Shown piece after piece: positions 24,129-36,420 of a stretch of DNA of 64,000 bases. Numbering within the stretch: position 1 is the stretch's first letter; every line of letters starts with the position of its first letter. The notes beneath the pieces are model-generated. The model made no database searches, was not told the origin of the DNA, and saw only the letters and a list, made by a program, of their open reading frames with translations. The position numbers were made by a program, and so were the translations under genes. Location of the stretch: contig JBHGNT010000004.1 in assembly GCA_043228905.1 (NCBI GenBank), positions 15,810,001-15,874,000 on the forward strand, read 5' to 3'. Source of the DNA: Azolla caroliniana (Eukaryota > Plantae > Polypodiophyta).

Positions 24129-26364
24129 TGTTGGATCGTTTAGTGCTCAAGACAGAAAGGAAGGGGAAGGAGACTTACCTCTGTGTAGCAAACAAAAAAG
24201 CTTCTATTCCATTACACGCAGAACTCAACTTGCTCTCGTCTGTTTTTCTGTTTTCTTTTCTTACAACTACTCTCTTACTCTCACTACACTTACTTTTTAC
24301 CTAAGTATATGATAGAAATACGGTTTCCTAAGCTATGCTCGGCCACAACCGAGACGTCAGATCAATCACAGACAACAGGGATGTGGTGAGATGTATCTAC
24401 ACACGAAACAGTTAAGAAGAGAGTGCACTGGATGTTAACGTGGAAAACCCAAATCTGGGAAAAACCACGGCAGCCCTCAGACTGCAAAATATCACTATAT
24501 CAAGATTACAACAATGGGGCACAGAGGCAACGACCTCTTTCTCTCTCTCTCTCTCTCTCTTCGCTGTACGCAGTTGCGCTCTGAATTATCGTAACAACGA
24601 TAATGACACAACCAACTCGACATCATCACTATTAAGTTTGCCCTAGGTCATATTTATACTAATATGACTTTCGGGCTATTTACAAATATAGCCCCGGTGG
24701 GCTCTCTGGAACATATTTACATATATGTCCCTTCCATCCGATGAGAGGTTCTCACCGGGCCTGCAACATCCGGTTCTCACCGGGTCTTCCTTGCCGGGTA
24801 CTCGTCATCCGGTTCTCACCGGGTTTTCCATTGCTGGGTACTCGTCATCCGGTTCTCACCGGGTCTTCCGTTGCCGGGTACTCGTCATCCTGTTCTCACT
24901 GGGTCTTCCGTTGCCGGGTACTCGTCATCCGGATTCTTCTCACTTCCCATTCAGAGGGACCTGTTTCCTAACAGTATATAAGTGACTTATATATGCAGCT
25001 AATTAGCTTTCAGTAGCTAAATAGTTGTGCATAGCTAAAAAGCTCTTTCACCTTTTTGTCCACTAGTAGCTAATTAAGCTAATAGCTACTATAGCTTATT
25101 TCTCAATAAGCATCACATACCTTTGTTGAGCTTGCTTCTCAACACTCCCTGTCAAGCTCAACTTATCCTTTCTTGGGATCATGTTCAATCTTCTTCTCTT
25201 CATGCTTTTCAGCTACCATGCCAATGGTTGTAACTCTCATCATGTCTCTAAACTGTGTATGTTTTTCCATGCTCAATCCCTTCGTAAGAATATCAGCCAC
25301 TTGCTGATTTGTACTTACATATAGCACATCCACTTCTCCATCAATCACTTTTTCTCTAACAAAGTGATAATGCAAGCCTTCAATGTGCTTTGTTCTTGCA
25401 TGGAACACTGGGTTTTTGCCAGCTGAATGATGCTCATATTGTCACACCAAATTGTGACAACACCATCTATATATTCTCCCAAATCAGCAAGCAGTCTTTT
25501 GATCCATACCTCTTCATAGGTAGCTATTGCAGCTCCTCTATATTCAGCTTCAATACTTGATAGTGCACCAATAGCTTGTTTCTTGCTTCCATGAAATAGT
25601 TGCACTTCCCAATGTAAACATATATCCACTTGTGGATCTTCTGTCAGTTTGACTTCTAGCCCAATCAACATCTGTATATCCTTCCAGCTTTATGTCCAAA
25701 TCAACCCTCTAAAACAGTCCATAATTTTGAGTAGCTTTTACATACATCTAAATTCTTCTTATGCAGTCCAAATGTGGCTTTGTTGGCTATTGCATAAATG
25801 GGCTAACTATTCCAACAACATAACTCAAATCAGGTCTTGTTATGGTCAAATCTATGAGGCTGCCCACCATAGACTTGTACATGTTTACATCTTCTATTTT
25901 GGCTCCCAAATCAACCCTCAATTTGCAGTTCTTATCTAGTGGTACACCAATAGGTTTTCCAAGCATACCATACTTCTTCAACATAGTTGTTGCATACTGT
26001 TTTTGCAACATATATATACCACTTTCAGATCTGATCATCTCAATGCCAAGAAAGTATCTCAGCTCTCCCAAATCCTTCATATGAAATTGCATTTCAAGAT
26101 TTTTTTCAACTTGCTTATTTCATCCATGGAATCACCTCCAATGATTAAATCATCAACATAAATCAAAATAACAACAATGCAATCATTTTTCCTTTTTACA
26201 TACAATGATGGATCAACCTTTGACATTTTGAAAACAAATTTTTTCAAAGATTTTGAAAGTTCTTTATGCCATGCCCTTGGTGCTTGTTTTAGTCCATAAA
26301 GAGCCTTTTTCAGCCTGCATACATATTCTGGATGCTTCTTATCTTCGAAACCTGGTGGTTGACA
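24129..26364 (-). mobile_element. 3' part of a decayed Ty1/copia (RT, RNase H, 3' LTR about 24129-25144)
   Basis: QPPGF, MKDLGELRYFLG, TRPDLSY, EAEY, HARTKHIE, QVADILTK. LTR end GAGCTTGCTTCTCAACA at 25144 next to a PPT-like tract. Left boundary approximate. Confidence 0.82.
24310..24973 (-). mobile_element. Solo LTR, Tork-like copia family, nested in another copia LTR
   Basis: TG...CA termini with TSD GTATA (24305-24309 / 24974-24978). About 40-bp tandem repeats at 24765-24932. Confidence 0.93.
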
Positions 26365-27105
26365 CGTGCCAAAATTATACTGTGTTAATCGGTCGACAAT
26401 TGCTATTTTGCCAACACAGTATAAGACGAACGTTCGAGTCGAACGTTCTATTAAGTTGTGGTCTTAGCATCCCGAATGGAGCTCAAGAGCTGGTCGTTCA
26501 CAGAGGACGCGAAGCCGTAAAGAACTTTGCTCGTCGCTTGTTCCCAAGCCGAAAAATCTCTGTGTGTCGATTCGGGCAATGTATCATTAACTCCTTTGAC
26601 ATAACTGCAATAACCATGACCAAGCAAGTACTGGTGCATCTTGTACGAACAAGATGTGTAGTTGCTCCTATCGAGCTTCTCAGTCGGTAGCGAGCTTCCC
26701 ATTCCTCTGTCCATATTGCTGTCTTATCCTTTCCTAAAACAATAACTTAACTTTGTCTTTATCGCAGGCTTTTCTGTTGCCTGTAGAGGAGTCTCAACCC
26801 TCGCGCTTTGATACCATGTAAAAGAATACGTGTGTGGAAGCGCATGCATAAAACATAGAGTACATAGTTCGGTAAAACGTAGAAATCATAGAGAAGGAGA
26901 AGGAGAAATAGAGAGAGAGCATAAACGAAACTATATTCAAAAAATAATTCTCTGTATGTTCTCTGTGTACATACTTCGTGCTCAGTGAGCACCTTTTATA
27001 CAAGCCCTGACTATTGGGCTGACACAAGTACTGACACTACTTGACTGCTCATAAATGAGCCTTGTACACTAACTCCCAAAAATTATTCCTTAAGAGGAAT
27101 AATTT

Positions 27106-28291
27106 TGTCGTGAAGATCCGTCACTAGGCGCGGATCGCGAGGCGGAACCGCCAGGGTTCTGGACTGGAAGGACTCGAAGTTTGCACAAGCTTTAGCGGGA
27201 AAGGAATTAAGATAGATTGAAAGAGAGAGAGATTGAGATAAGATAGAACGCTTGATTTTAGATTGAGAGAGAGATTAAGAACTCTTGACTTTAGATTTCA
27301 AGAACAAGGTATATTATCAAAAGGATAACGAATTTTCTTCTTAATATTAATTTTGATTTAAAGTACAAAGCTTTCTTTTATCCTAGAAAATCCCCCATTG
27401 ATATTTTTCATTCCCTCTTTTATAGATGCCCTCATGCATTTGAGCGTTCAAGCAAGACATGCATAAAATGCATGTTTGCCATTTGGCGCTCATGTATTAC
27501 ATGTGGTGCATGATAACCATGTCACTCATTTTAGCTCTCATGTATGAGAATTTATATGTAAAAGTACAATGATAGAAATATAATTTCAACTAAATATCTT
27601 GGCTTAGTGGTAAGCCAATTGACTTCTAACTTGAGGTGCAAGGTTTGAATCCTTACTTGCCCTCCTTGTATATGTATATATATTTATATATTTATATATT
27701 TAATTATCTAGTCGCCGGTTCGCCGGATGCCGTCGGTTACCGGTGCATGGCGCCGGATGCCGTTGCCTCGCCGACTCCGGATGCCCCCGGTTACCGGTGG
27801 CCGGTGCACCGCCGGATATCGGTTCCACTGGCTCGTCGGCTCCGTCGGATCACTGGTTACCGGTGTCCGCCAGAGCACCAACTTCATCGCCGGACCGGTT
27901 TTGGTTGGCCAAAACCTTTACGAGTGCTAGGCCACCTCCACTCTTAGTTCAAGTTACCTTGAACTCTCTATGCTCCACACATAGACACAAAGATAATAGC
28001 TTTTGCTCTACCTTATATATGATGAGAGCTGTATTTGTCGTGCCTATGTGGGATATCTCACAGTTTTCTCTTTTCCTTTCACAAACTTTATACCCTCATA
28101 TCTTGACATCTAGTTGTCCGTTTCTCGTGTAATAAAGTGCATTTGAAAGCTCTTGAAGGCCTCCATCATTTTGTACTTAGATATTAAAATTATTTAAAAT
28201 GTTATTTTCACTATTATTGTTTTATGTGATTCATACTCGATTTTGTATGTTTTATGTGATTTTCACACCATTGCCGAAAATCTTCACGACA
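27106..28291 (-). mobile_element. Solo LTR of the Trp-primed gypsy group
   Basis: 12-bp perfect inverted termini TGTCGTGAAGAT...ATCTTCACGACA, like the other Trp-group LTRs. Followed by ACGT; the left TSD is not preserved. Confidence 0.8.
27595..27665 (+). promoter_or_regulatory. tRNA-like Pol III module in LTR
   Basis: A-box TGGCTTAGTGG (27600), anticodon-loop-like TTGACTTCTAA (as in tRNA-Arg UCU), B-box GGTTTGAATCC (27642). Confidence 0.7.
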
Positions 28292-28405
28292 ACGTTCTAA
28301 CGGCCTCTCGTTTTACGCACCACTACGACCATGTTGTGTGTACGGTTTTACGCACCCAGTCTACACACTGGGTTACACACCCAATGGTGAGCTTGTTTCT
28401 TAACA

Positions 28406-28525
28406 AGTACTGATGGTACTTTTGTCAGCCTATGTCAGAGGCTTGTATATAAAGTGTTATCTAAGCACATTTTTTTGCACCGAGTCTTTATTTTTGAAAT
28501 ATACTTTTGTGTTGGTTGCTCACTT

Positions 28526-28573
<48 letters not shown>

Positions 28574-29930
28574 GCTCTATGTTTTTGTAATTGTTGTTTG
28601 TCATCTCACCTGGTCGGCTGTGTTGTTAACTCGTAAGCTTCCACACACTATTCTTTTACATGGTATCAGAGCACGAGGGTTAGAAGAATCCTCTGTTGCC
28701 GACAAAGCAAATCAGCACACAAACAAGCTTCGTTAGTTCAGAAATATAGGAACATGGACAGAGGGATGGGCAACTCACTTCCAATTGAAAAGCTCGATAG
28801 CAGTAACTACGCTTCATGGTCATACAAGATGCACCAATACTTGCTAGGACATGGATATTGGAGTTATGTCGAAGGAGCCAACGATGCAACACCGGATTCG
28901 AGACATAGGAATTTCTCATCTTGGGAACAAGCAACAAACAGAATACACCGTCCTTCTTTGAGTTGCAGTCCATGCTTCTTGTCAAAGAATGCCATGTCAA
29001 GGAGCACGCATTTTGACCCCCGTGTTCATGTTGGACGTGGTGGATCGGCACGCAATGGTGGCGGCCAAAAAGAGTAGAACGGAAGGCACAAAGGAAGTGC
29101 CGAAAAAGGTGGGCTCTCCACAACAGGGGAACTTAGGGCGGTGTCGGGAGTTGGCAAAATAATGCCATTGATTGTTGGTACTGTGGTCAGAAGGGTCACA
29201 TAGAAAGCGAGTGGTGGAAGAAGAAGACCAATTCAGACAAAGCCGAATTAGGCAGAGTTGAGTAGGGAAATCTTGAAAGATCACATTACGTCGAAGGTGT
29301 AGGTGGAGCCTTTGTGATGAAACACAAGGCCAATTTGATGAAGATGAGCACCTCGAAGCCGGCCGAGGTGTGGTACGTGGATTTTAGCGCTTCAAACCAC
29401 ATAATGAACCATGAAGAATGGTTCTCATATATCAAGAAGTCGGAATAGTCGGGGGTCATCAAAACAAGTGACAACACCCCTCATCCCATCGAACACATCG
29501 AATACGTCCCTTTGAGCCATGTCAGCCAGAAGAGGAAAATGAGGAACATCCAACACGTCTTGACGATCACCAAGAACCTAGTGTCGGTCAGACAGATTGT
29601 CAAACAGGGAATGCAAGTTCGATTCACTCACCTCTAATGCTTCATTGAGAAGAAGGCAAAATCATCGTGCAAGGGCATTGTGAAGGGACAATGTTCATCC
29701 TCGAGACAAACGATGTCGACACCACTATGTTCACCAAATGTCAAAAGGTTGAGTTGGACATTTAGCTATGGCACAAGCGGTTCGACCACTTGAACTTCCC
29801 GTGACTTCAAGAGATGCAGACAAAGAACATCGTTTTTGGGTTGCTGAAATTCAGTGGTTGAAAGGGCCAAGTTTGTGAATCCTACCAATTAGGGAAGCAA
29901 CGCCGTCTTCTATTCCCCAATGAAGTGAAC
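28406..29930 (+). mobile_element. Decayed copia 5' part (LTR remnant to 28660, Met PBS 28661-28672, gag, protease, pre-integrase)
   Basis: TGGTATCAGAGC. MDRGMGNSLPIEKLDSSNYASW, WYVDFSASNH, LWHKRFDH. Same family as the copy at 26451, in opposite orientation. Confidence 0.85.
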
Positions 29931-30020
29931 CGTCTAGAGAATGTACTAAACATCTGATCAATATGGTCATGTGTGTGACCAATCAGAAGGAAGTTAACTT
30001 TAACTTTCCTAAACACTCCT
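29931..30020 (-). pseudogene. Downstream fragment of Sola/DUF7869-like DDE transposase
   Basis: Translates GVFRKVKVNFLLIGHTHDHIDQMFSTFSR and continues the frame ending ...LVKQGV at 49888 across the LTR-element insertion. Confidence 0.75.
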
Positions 30021-30528
30021 TGTTGTCTCTACTCGGAGATAACACCTTCGATTACTTCTAAGGTAATCGGGTCAAGGGGTCATGGCACATAGTGGTGGAT
30101 AAGGAACTCGGGATTGCACGACTAAATGATTGCGAAAAAAATAGTCGGCCATAACCAGCCTGGTAAATTGTACTTGAAATTAAGATAGCAAATCCAAATA
30201 ACACAGGCTAGACCCACAAAGATAGATATATTAATATATTCAAATGCAAAGGTTACATTGATGACTACAGGAGTTCTACTCTCATATAGTCAGACAGATA
30301 ACAATAATTCTCTCTAGACTAGGGTATCACTCTCCCTCATTCTCTCTCTTCTCCCTCCCTTCTTGCTGATTCTGCTCCTCATTTTATAACTTCCCTTTCT
30401 ACTTGGTGCACATCAGTCAATCCTTTCTTCTCGGCCTTCATTCTCGGTTGTCAATTTTCACCTACTTTACCTACTTGTATCCTTTGATTCGTTTAACATT
30501 GTATCCCTTTTGTCCCACAGATAACACC

Positions 30529-30545
30529 TGGCACGCCCGTGGGAC
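30529..30545 (+). promoter_or_regulatory. Second tRNA-Arg-complementary site at the PPT position
   Basis: TGGCACGCCCGTGGGAC lies 2 nt inside the 3' LTR boundary. No purine tract on the sense strand there. Confidence 0.75.
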
Positions 30546-30699
30546 AATGCCCTTCGCATGTCGAACCCCGAAATCGAAATGGAAACGTAAAATTGATAAG
30601 AAGTCGTGATACAATTCTATTGTACGCTCAATTTTCTTCCAAAACCTCGAGGATGTCCTCGGAAGCTGGGAGCATGGTCATCTCCTCGGTCGTGGGTGC

Positions 30700-33400
30700 T
30701 GTAGTGGTCGTGTTGTCCAGTGGAGGTGTCGACTCGTCATGTGGGATCTGCTCGTGTGTATCGTGGCCGAAACATCGAGTTGTTGTTTGGTAGCTACCAT
30801 CGTAATTGGTGGGGTCGAGACCTCTTGATCTATCGTTTGCTACAGTGCTTGCTCTGGTTCTGGTGCCATCCCTGTCTCTGCATCATCCGTCTGCCCCTGG
30901 GTTGCTTCCTTGAATGCACGTTCGGTTTCGAGCATCAACAACAACTGGTCGTCGTTGAATTCCTCAAGGAGGTTCCCGATTGTCGTGGTGTGTGTACTTG
31001 CCAGGGCTTGGAATTCCTTGGTGAGGTCTTCCCAGAGAACCTAGATGTTCCTTTCGTCCATCTTATAAAATCCGCGACCATCTTTTTTCAGTTTTCGAAG
31101 TTGGCTCGAAAATATTGCAATTCGCCTGCATGAACCTACCATTCATTCCACCCATGGGCTAGAGTCTCCTCGACCTTTTGATTGAGCTTCAACTAATGTT
31201 TGAGGACGAGGGCTCGAATGTGTGTTTGGATCATTTCATCTTTAGCCTGTAGGTTTTCCAGTTCTTCTTTTGATTGCGTGGCCGCTATCTGTGATTGGAT
31301 TTTGACGATTTCATACGACTTGGTGGCCATGCTCAGTTTTAAATCTAAATCTTCTCGATATTTCTGAAAGCGTCTGAGAAGTCGATTTGTAGTTTCGGAT
31401 AACTCTGCGATGTACTCGTTTTTCTGCTTCTCGAGGTCTTTTTGCAACTCATGGCATTTTTCAGACAGTACATATTTGTCTGTGGTTGCTTCTTCTAACG
31501 ATGTTAGTTGCCAACTGAAGTCTTTCTCGAGTTTGTTGTGCTTGTTTTGTAGAGTGACAAGCTCTTCTACTTTGACGCGAAGCGCCTGTTGATTCTCCTA
31601 CTTGGCTCTGGCTAACTGAGCTGTGGCATGGTTTTGTGCGGCCTTCAGGGTCGTAGTGGCGTTCTGTTCTATTTCCTGAAGTTGGGCCATTCGGTCGTTG
31701 ACTAATTGTTGGAGCTCGGCTTCTCTCTTCTTTGTTTGCTCCTTTAGCTGGTCAACCTCCGCTTTAGCCTTTTCATATCGTTCCTTGGCTATGTCTGCAA
31801 TTGCCATTTGGACCACGATCTCCTCTTCGTAGTTGCAGATTTGGTCGTTGGTTGATAGTGCGTTGGTGGTGTCGTCGGTCTGGATGGACATATCCACCTG
31901 CTCAGGGGAATTAGTTGGGTCTGTTTGGGTGGAAGCCTCGAGAGGGTTGGATATGGGGGATGGTAGGGCGAGCGAGGTAGAGTCATTGGTTATTCGGAGC
32001 CGTTGCTCAAGCTCGGTCAGGCAGTTTTCAGAAGCTTGCCATAACTCTGTGGCCGTTTTTGCTTGTTTGTGCGCTTGTTTTTTGCTAACTGCAATATCTT
32101 TGGCCTCGCGGGTAGTTTTGCCAATTCATGGTAAACTTCAACCAACACCGTGTTGAGCTCGGGTAGCTCGATGCATGTGCAACGTTTTTTGGTGACATGC
32201 TGTCGACCGACTTTTTGTAACTTTGGTTTGTCATCGGATTCAAGCTTGTTTACCAATGTTCACTCGACCATTTGTTTCTCTACGTGATCCTAAGCCATTT
32301 GGGACGGAGCTGCAACCTGGAGGCAAGCAAGGAAATCTATAACCTCGTATGTTGTGCTTTGTTGCAAAATGGCGCCGAGCTCATAAGATTCCGCCAGCAA
32401 GTCCTTGAAGGTGAAGACTTCCTCCTCTAAGAATTGGGAATTTTTCCCTTGCTCGGTATGTTCGGTTAGGGCTAACGTATTATTGGTAACGATCGCGACT
32501 GCCTTATCTGGCACTATGACCAGTTGTCGGTCTTCGGCCGAGGAGTCCTTAATAGTGTGTTCTTTGCTGCGGCGATGGAGCCAACGACACTTCTTGGTGG
32601 GGCTCATCTTTGGTGCCGCGATTTCGTGACGAGGCCGCTTTGTTTGTTGTATCGTTGACCGACTAGTATCCGCAACAATCTTTTGTGTGTCTTCCCGGTG
32701 TTCGGGGTGACTAGGCAAGGGCCATGTGGAAGATACGGTTGGTATAGAGGGTTTTGGTTTTTCGCTCCCCTGGATGGTGATGTTGTCTGTGGCGTTCTTG
32801 GTTTTTGGCTCAGGCCTCGGCCGTGGTGAGGTAGGGTTGCGGACAGGTGTATTGTCTTCCCATTCCTCCTAAGCTAGTTGTATAGTTTGTTGCTTTTTCG
32901 CCTGGGTTGTTGGGGCGGGGAGAGCAAAGGGTCGACGGGAAGTTGTCGTGGTTTGGGGGGGTAAAACACGATTAAGTGATGTGCTAAGGCAGGCAAGAAT
33001 CGTTTACATGTTTGAAAAGCTGATATTGCGGTACCAATTCCCTCCCTGGTTATGATGCCCCAATCGATAGCGCCGCCTGGGTATGCCGTGATGATGATGC
33101 CGACCTTCTTCTTGGGCATGTTGTACGCGTTTGCATGTAAACAGACGAATTTTAGGAGGAAAGGGCGCTCCATTTGAGCGATGGGCTTTCGCGGATGCCG
33201 AGTACTCCCCGAAATGTTGTTCGAAGATATGTTGACGTGGAGCCTCGATTTCATGCTCTCCCCTTCATTGGATGCACCCTTCGTGCTACTGACCGTGCCT
33301 CACGGTGGGGAGCGGTGTTGAGTACGTGGAGGTAACCTCCTAAGCCATGTTTGGTTAACCAGACGCAGAGCTCCTTAGATACTTCAATGAGCATGGTTGT
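30700..33400 (-). pseudogene. Extra ORF downstream of integrase (Pro-rich region plus long coiled coil), decayed
   Basis: Collinear fragments 32874-33254, 32290-32718, 31598-31897 and 31193-31447 with heptad-like E/Q/K/L-rich stretches, in the position of the Athila extra ORF. Confidence 0.6.
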
Positions 33401-33919
33401 TTTGAGAGAAAGAGAGCAAAAGTTGCGATGGAAGTAAGGAGACGGAGAGCGAGTAGGGGGTTGGGGATCAAGAGAGTGTATGAGCAGAAGGCAAGAGAGC
33501 TTGAATACTTTGAGCGTTTCTATAGAAATGAGGGCTTCGCCGGTGGTGCCTCCCTTTTTGTATGTGCCTCGGTTCTCGAGTCATGGCCTTGTGCCCTAGA
33601 TTCAGAGTCTTCCCTACCATACTGGGAATTAAGGGCCACGCGTCATATGAACCGTTTGTACTTTCTTTCTCGTGTGACGTGCATGGTCATTAAATAGCAC
33701 GTGGGTCTCTTTTTTTGTCCCCAAAATCATAGTATACAATTTCGGGCAGTAGGTAGGGTAATTACCATGATTGGGGTGAGGTGCCCCAAGAATCTTTTGT
33801 TCTACCTACCACAGGCTAGTCCCGGCCGTGCTGGTGATCAACGAAGGGATTGGTTGGCATCGGGCCAAGGTATGGCTTTAGTCGAAATCCATTAATCCAT
33901 GTTTGCAGGACTTCCTCTG

Positions 33920-36420
33920 CTAAAGTGCCGAGCTAGAACGTTCTGTTGAATTCGTCAATAACCTAGAAGGGTCCCGTCCTCCGGAAAAGAAGTTTCCCTG
34001 GCATCGAACCGAGCGGAGTTTGGAACACGGGAACTGGTTCCCTATCTGGAATGATTTTTCGGATCCTCGCCGATGTCGATCCACAAAAGCTTTCCTTTGC
34101 CGCTGCCCATGTTCCAATTGTGCGAGACTGGTAATATGATCTTCCTCGAGCTTGAGTAACTGTTTGAGTCGTTTTTGTTTGGACTCGGACTCGGACTTGG
34201 AAAGTCATTCGGTTACTTGAACACGTAAAGTCGGAACTTGAAACCTGATGGGCATAACTGCTTCCAACCCGAAAGCCATTCGAAAGGGAGTAGATTGGAT
34301 ACTTGTTATGAACGTTGTGGGATATGGCCACAACGCACAATGTAGTTTATCATCCCAATTGGTTCGATTCTTGTTCACGATTTTCTTGAGGATGTTTTGT
34401 AAGGTCTTGTTCGTTGACTCCACCAACCCGTTTGCTTGAGGGTAGTAAGGTGTGCTTTTCTTATGTATGACTGTGTAATGGGTGGTAAGATTTCACACCA
34501 GACGATTGAGAAAGTGATCTCCTTGGTCACTTACGAGCTCGATTGGATAGCCAAATCGACACCATAGATATTCATACATGAACTTGGCGGTAGACATGGC
34601 CGTGCTGTTGCGTAGCACCTTTGCTTCGACCAATTTCGTTCAATAGACAGTAGCCACAATTATGTAGTTATTGCTAGTTCGGGTTGCGGCTAGTTTGAAT
34701 GGACCGACAAAATCCCATCCCCACTTCTGGAAAGGTTCTAATGACCAGTTGGTGAGGCATGCGGGCTTGTTCAATGGGTTGGCCCATTCGCTAACATAAG
34801 TCACATTATTTGCAGAATTCGTGAGCATCCTTCTTTGTTGTGGTCTACCACAACCCACTTTGCCAAATTTTCTGAGTCGTGGCATCACCGACATAATGAC
34901 CACCGGCTATCCCGTGATGTGCTTCTTGTAGGATCACATCCTTTTCGAATTGGGGTACCGCATGATGCTAGATGTTGTTTGAGCCTTTGTGGTACAGGGT
35001 GTGTGTGAAAAGGCATAAATTTCGGTTGCAAACTACCAACCGTTTCTTGGAATCTAGGGTCAAAATTTGAGATGGGAGGCCGGTGCTGAGGAAGTGTGTC
35101 ATTTCGTTTATCCAGTCATCCTCGCTATCGGCCAATGGTGTGGTTGTGTCTAACCTTTAAAGGTTGGCATCGTGTAGTTCATCGTATTCAGTTGTGGTTT
35201 AGGCTGTAGCAGGAGCATCCATCGGGCCAGGCGACCTATAAGGGCCTGCTTATTAACCAAGTAGAGGAGGGCCGAGTGATCGACATGGAAATCTGAAGTT
35301 CCGGCCCAAGAGGTAATGCCGGAATTTGTTGATGCTGTAAACCATACCGAGGGCCTCACGTTCAATTGTTGAGTAGTTCTTTTCCGCGGTGGAGAGTTGT
35401 CGACTAGCGTAATACACTTGCTGGTACCAATTTGGTGGTGTGTGCTGCATGAGCGCACTGCCGATGGCTATACTGAAAATCAAACTCCTATAGCAGGAGC
35501 ATCCATCGGGCTAGGCGACCTGTAAGGGCTTGCTTATTAACCAAGTAGAGGAGGGCCGAATGATCGACGTGGAATGTGCAGTTCCGGCCCAAGAGGTAAT
35601 GCCGGCATTTGTTGATGCTGTAAACCATACCGAGGGCCTCGCGTTCAGTTGTTGAGTAGTTCTTTTCCGTGGCCGAGAGTCTTCGGCTAGCATAATACAC
35701 TGGCCGGTACCAATTTGGTGGTGTGCGCTGCATGAGCACGCTACCGATGGCTATATCTGATGCGTCTACGAAGACGTGAAAAGGTTCTAACGAGACTGGT
35801 GGCTATACCACATGGGCATGGGAGAGCAATAACTTCAAGGTTCGGTACGCTTTGTCTTCTATTGAAGACCACTGAAATGGGAGTCTATGCACCGCCGTGT
35901 GCAAAGGAGTCGCGAAATCGGCTAGGTGTCGTAACATCCGGCTATGCCATCTAATTTGGCCCAAGAATCGGTTGAGAGCCTTAGCGGTAGAGGGCGTGAG
36001 AGCATTCAGAATGGCATGCACTTTATCTAGATCCATGGCGATACCTTCCTGGCTGATTATGTGCCCGAGCAGGTTGCCGCTTGTTACCAAGAACGCGCAT
36101 TTTGCCGGATTTAAGCTAAACCGAGCGTGTCGACATCGCTCGAGACAGAGGCGTAGCCGGGTCATGTGCTCCAGCCGTTGGTTATACACGACAAATTCGT
36201 CGAGGAACACTTGCATGAACGCCAGGATATACTCGTTGAAAATCTCAGTGATGATGCATTGGAATGTGGCCGTTGCCGTTTTTAATCCGAACATCATTAC
36301 CTGGGCCACGAAGACACACCATTCTGTGACAAACGTTGTTTTCTCCTGATCGTCCGGGTGCATTCTGATTTGATTATAGCCACTGAACCCATCGAGGAAA
36401 CTGTAGCATTCATGACCAGC
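33920..36420 (-). pseudogene. Athila/Tat-like pol (RT, RNase H, integrase)
   Basis: AGHECYSFLDGFSGYNQI, MFGLKTA, VFLDE, YYASRRL..EKNYSTTERE, KWGWDFVGP, WDDKLHCALW. The RNase H segment is tandemly duplicated (about 35200-35480 and 35490-35760). Confidence 0.88.

Larger units (their letters stand above)
26451..28405 (-). mobile_element. 5' end of a copia (gag start, Met PBS 26805-26816, 5' LTR 26817-28405 split by a solo LTR)
   Basis: MDRGMGSSLPTEKLDRSNY gag. PBS TGGTATCAAAGC. LTR end GAGCTTGTTTCTTAACA. Confidence 0.8.

Noticed and set aside
27710-27900. GC-rich CCGG island as a captured gene
   Set aside because: Low-complexity repeats within an LTR with no coherent protein.
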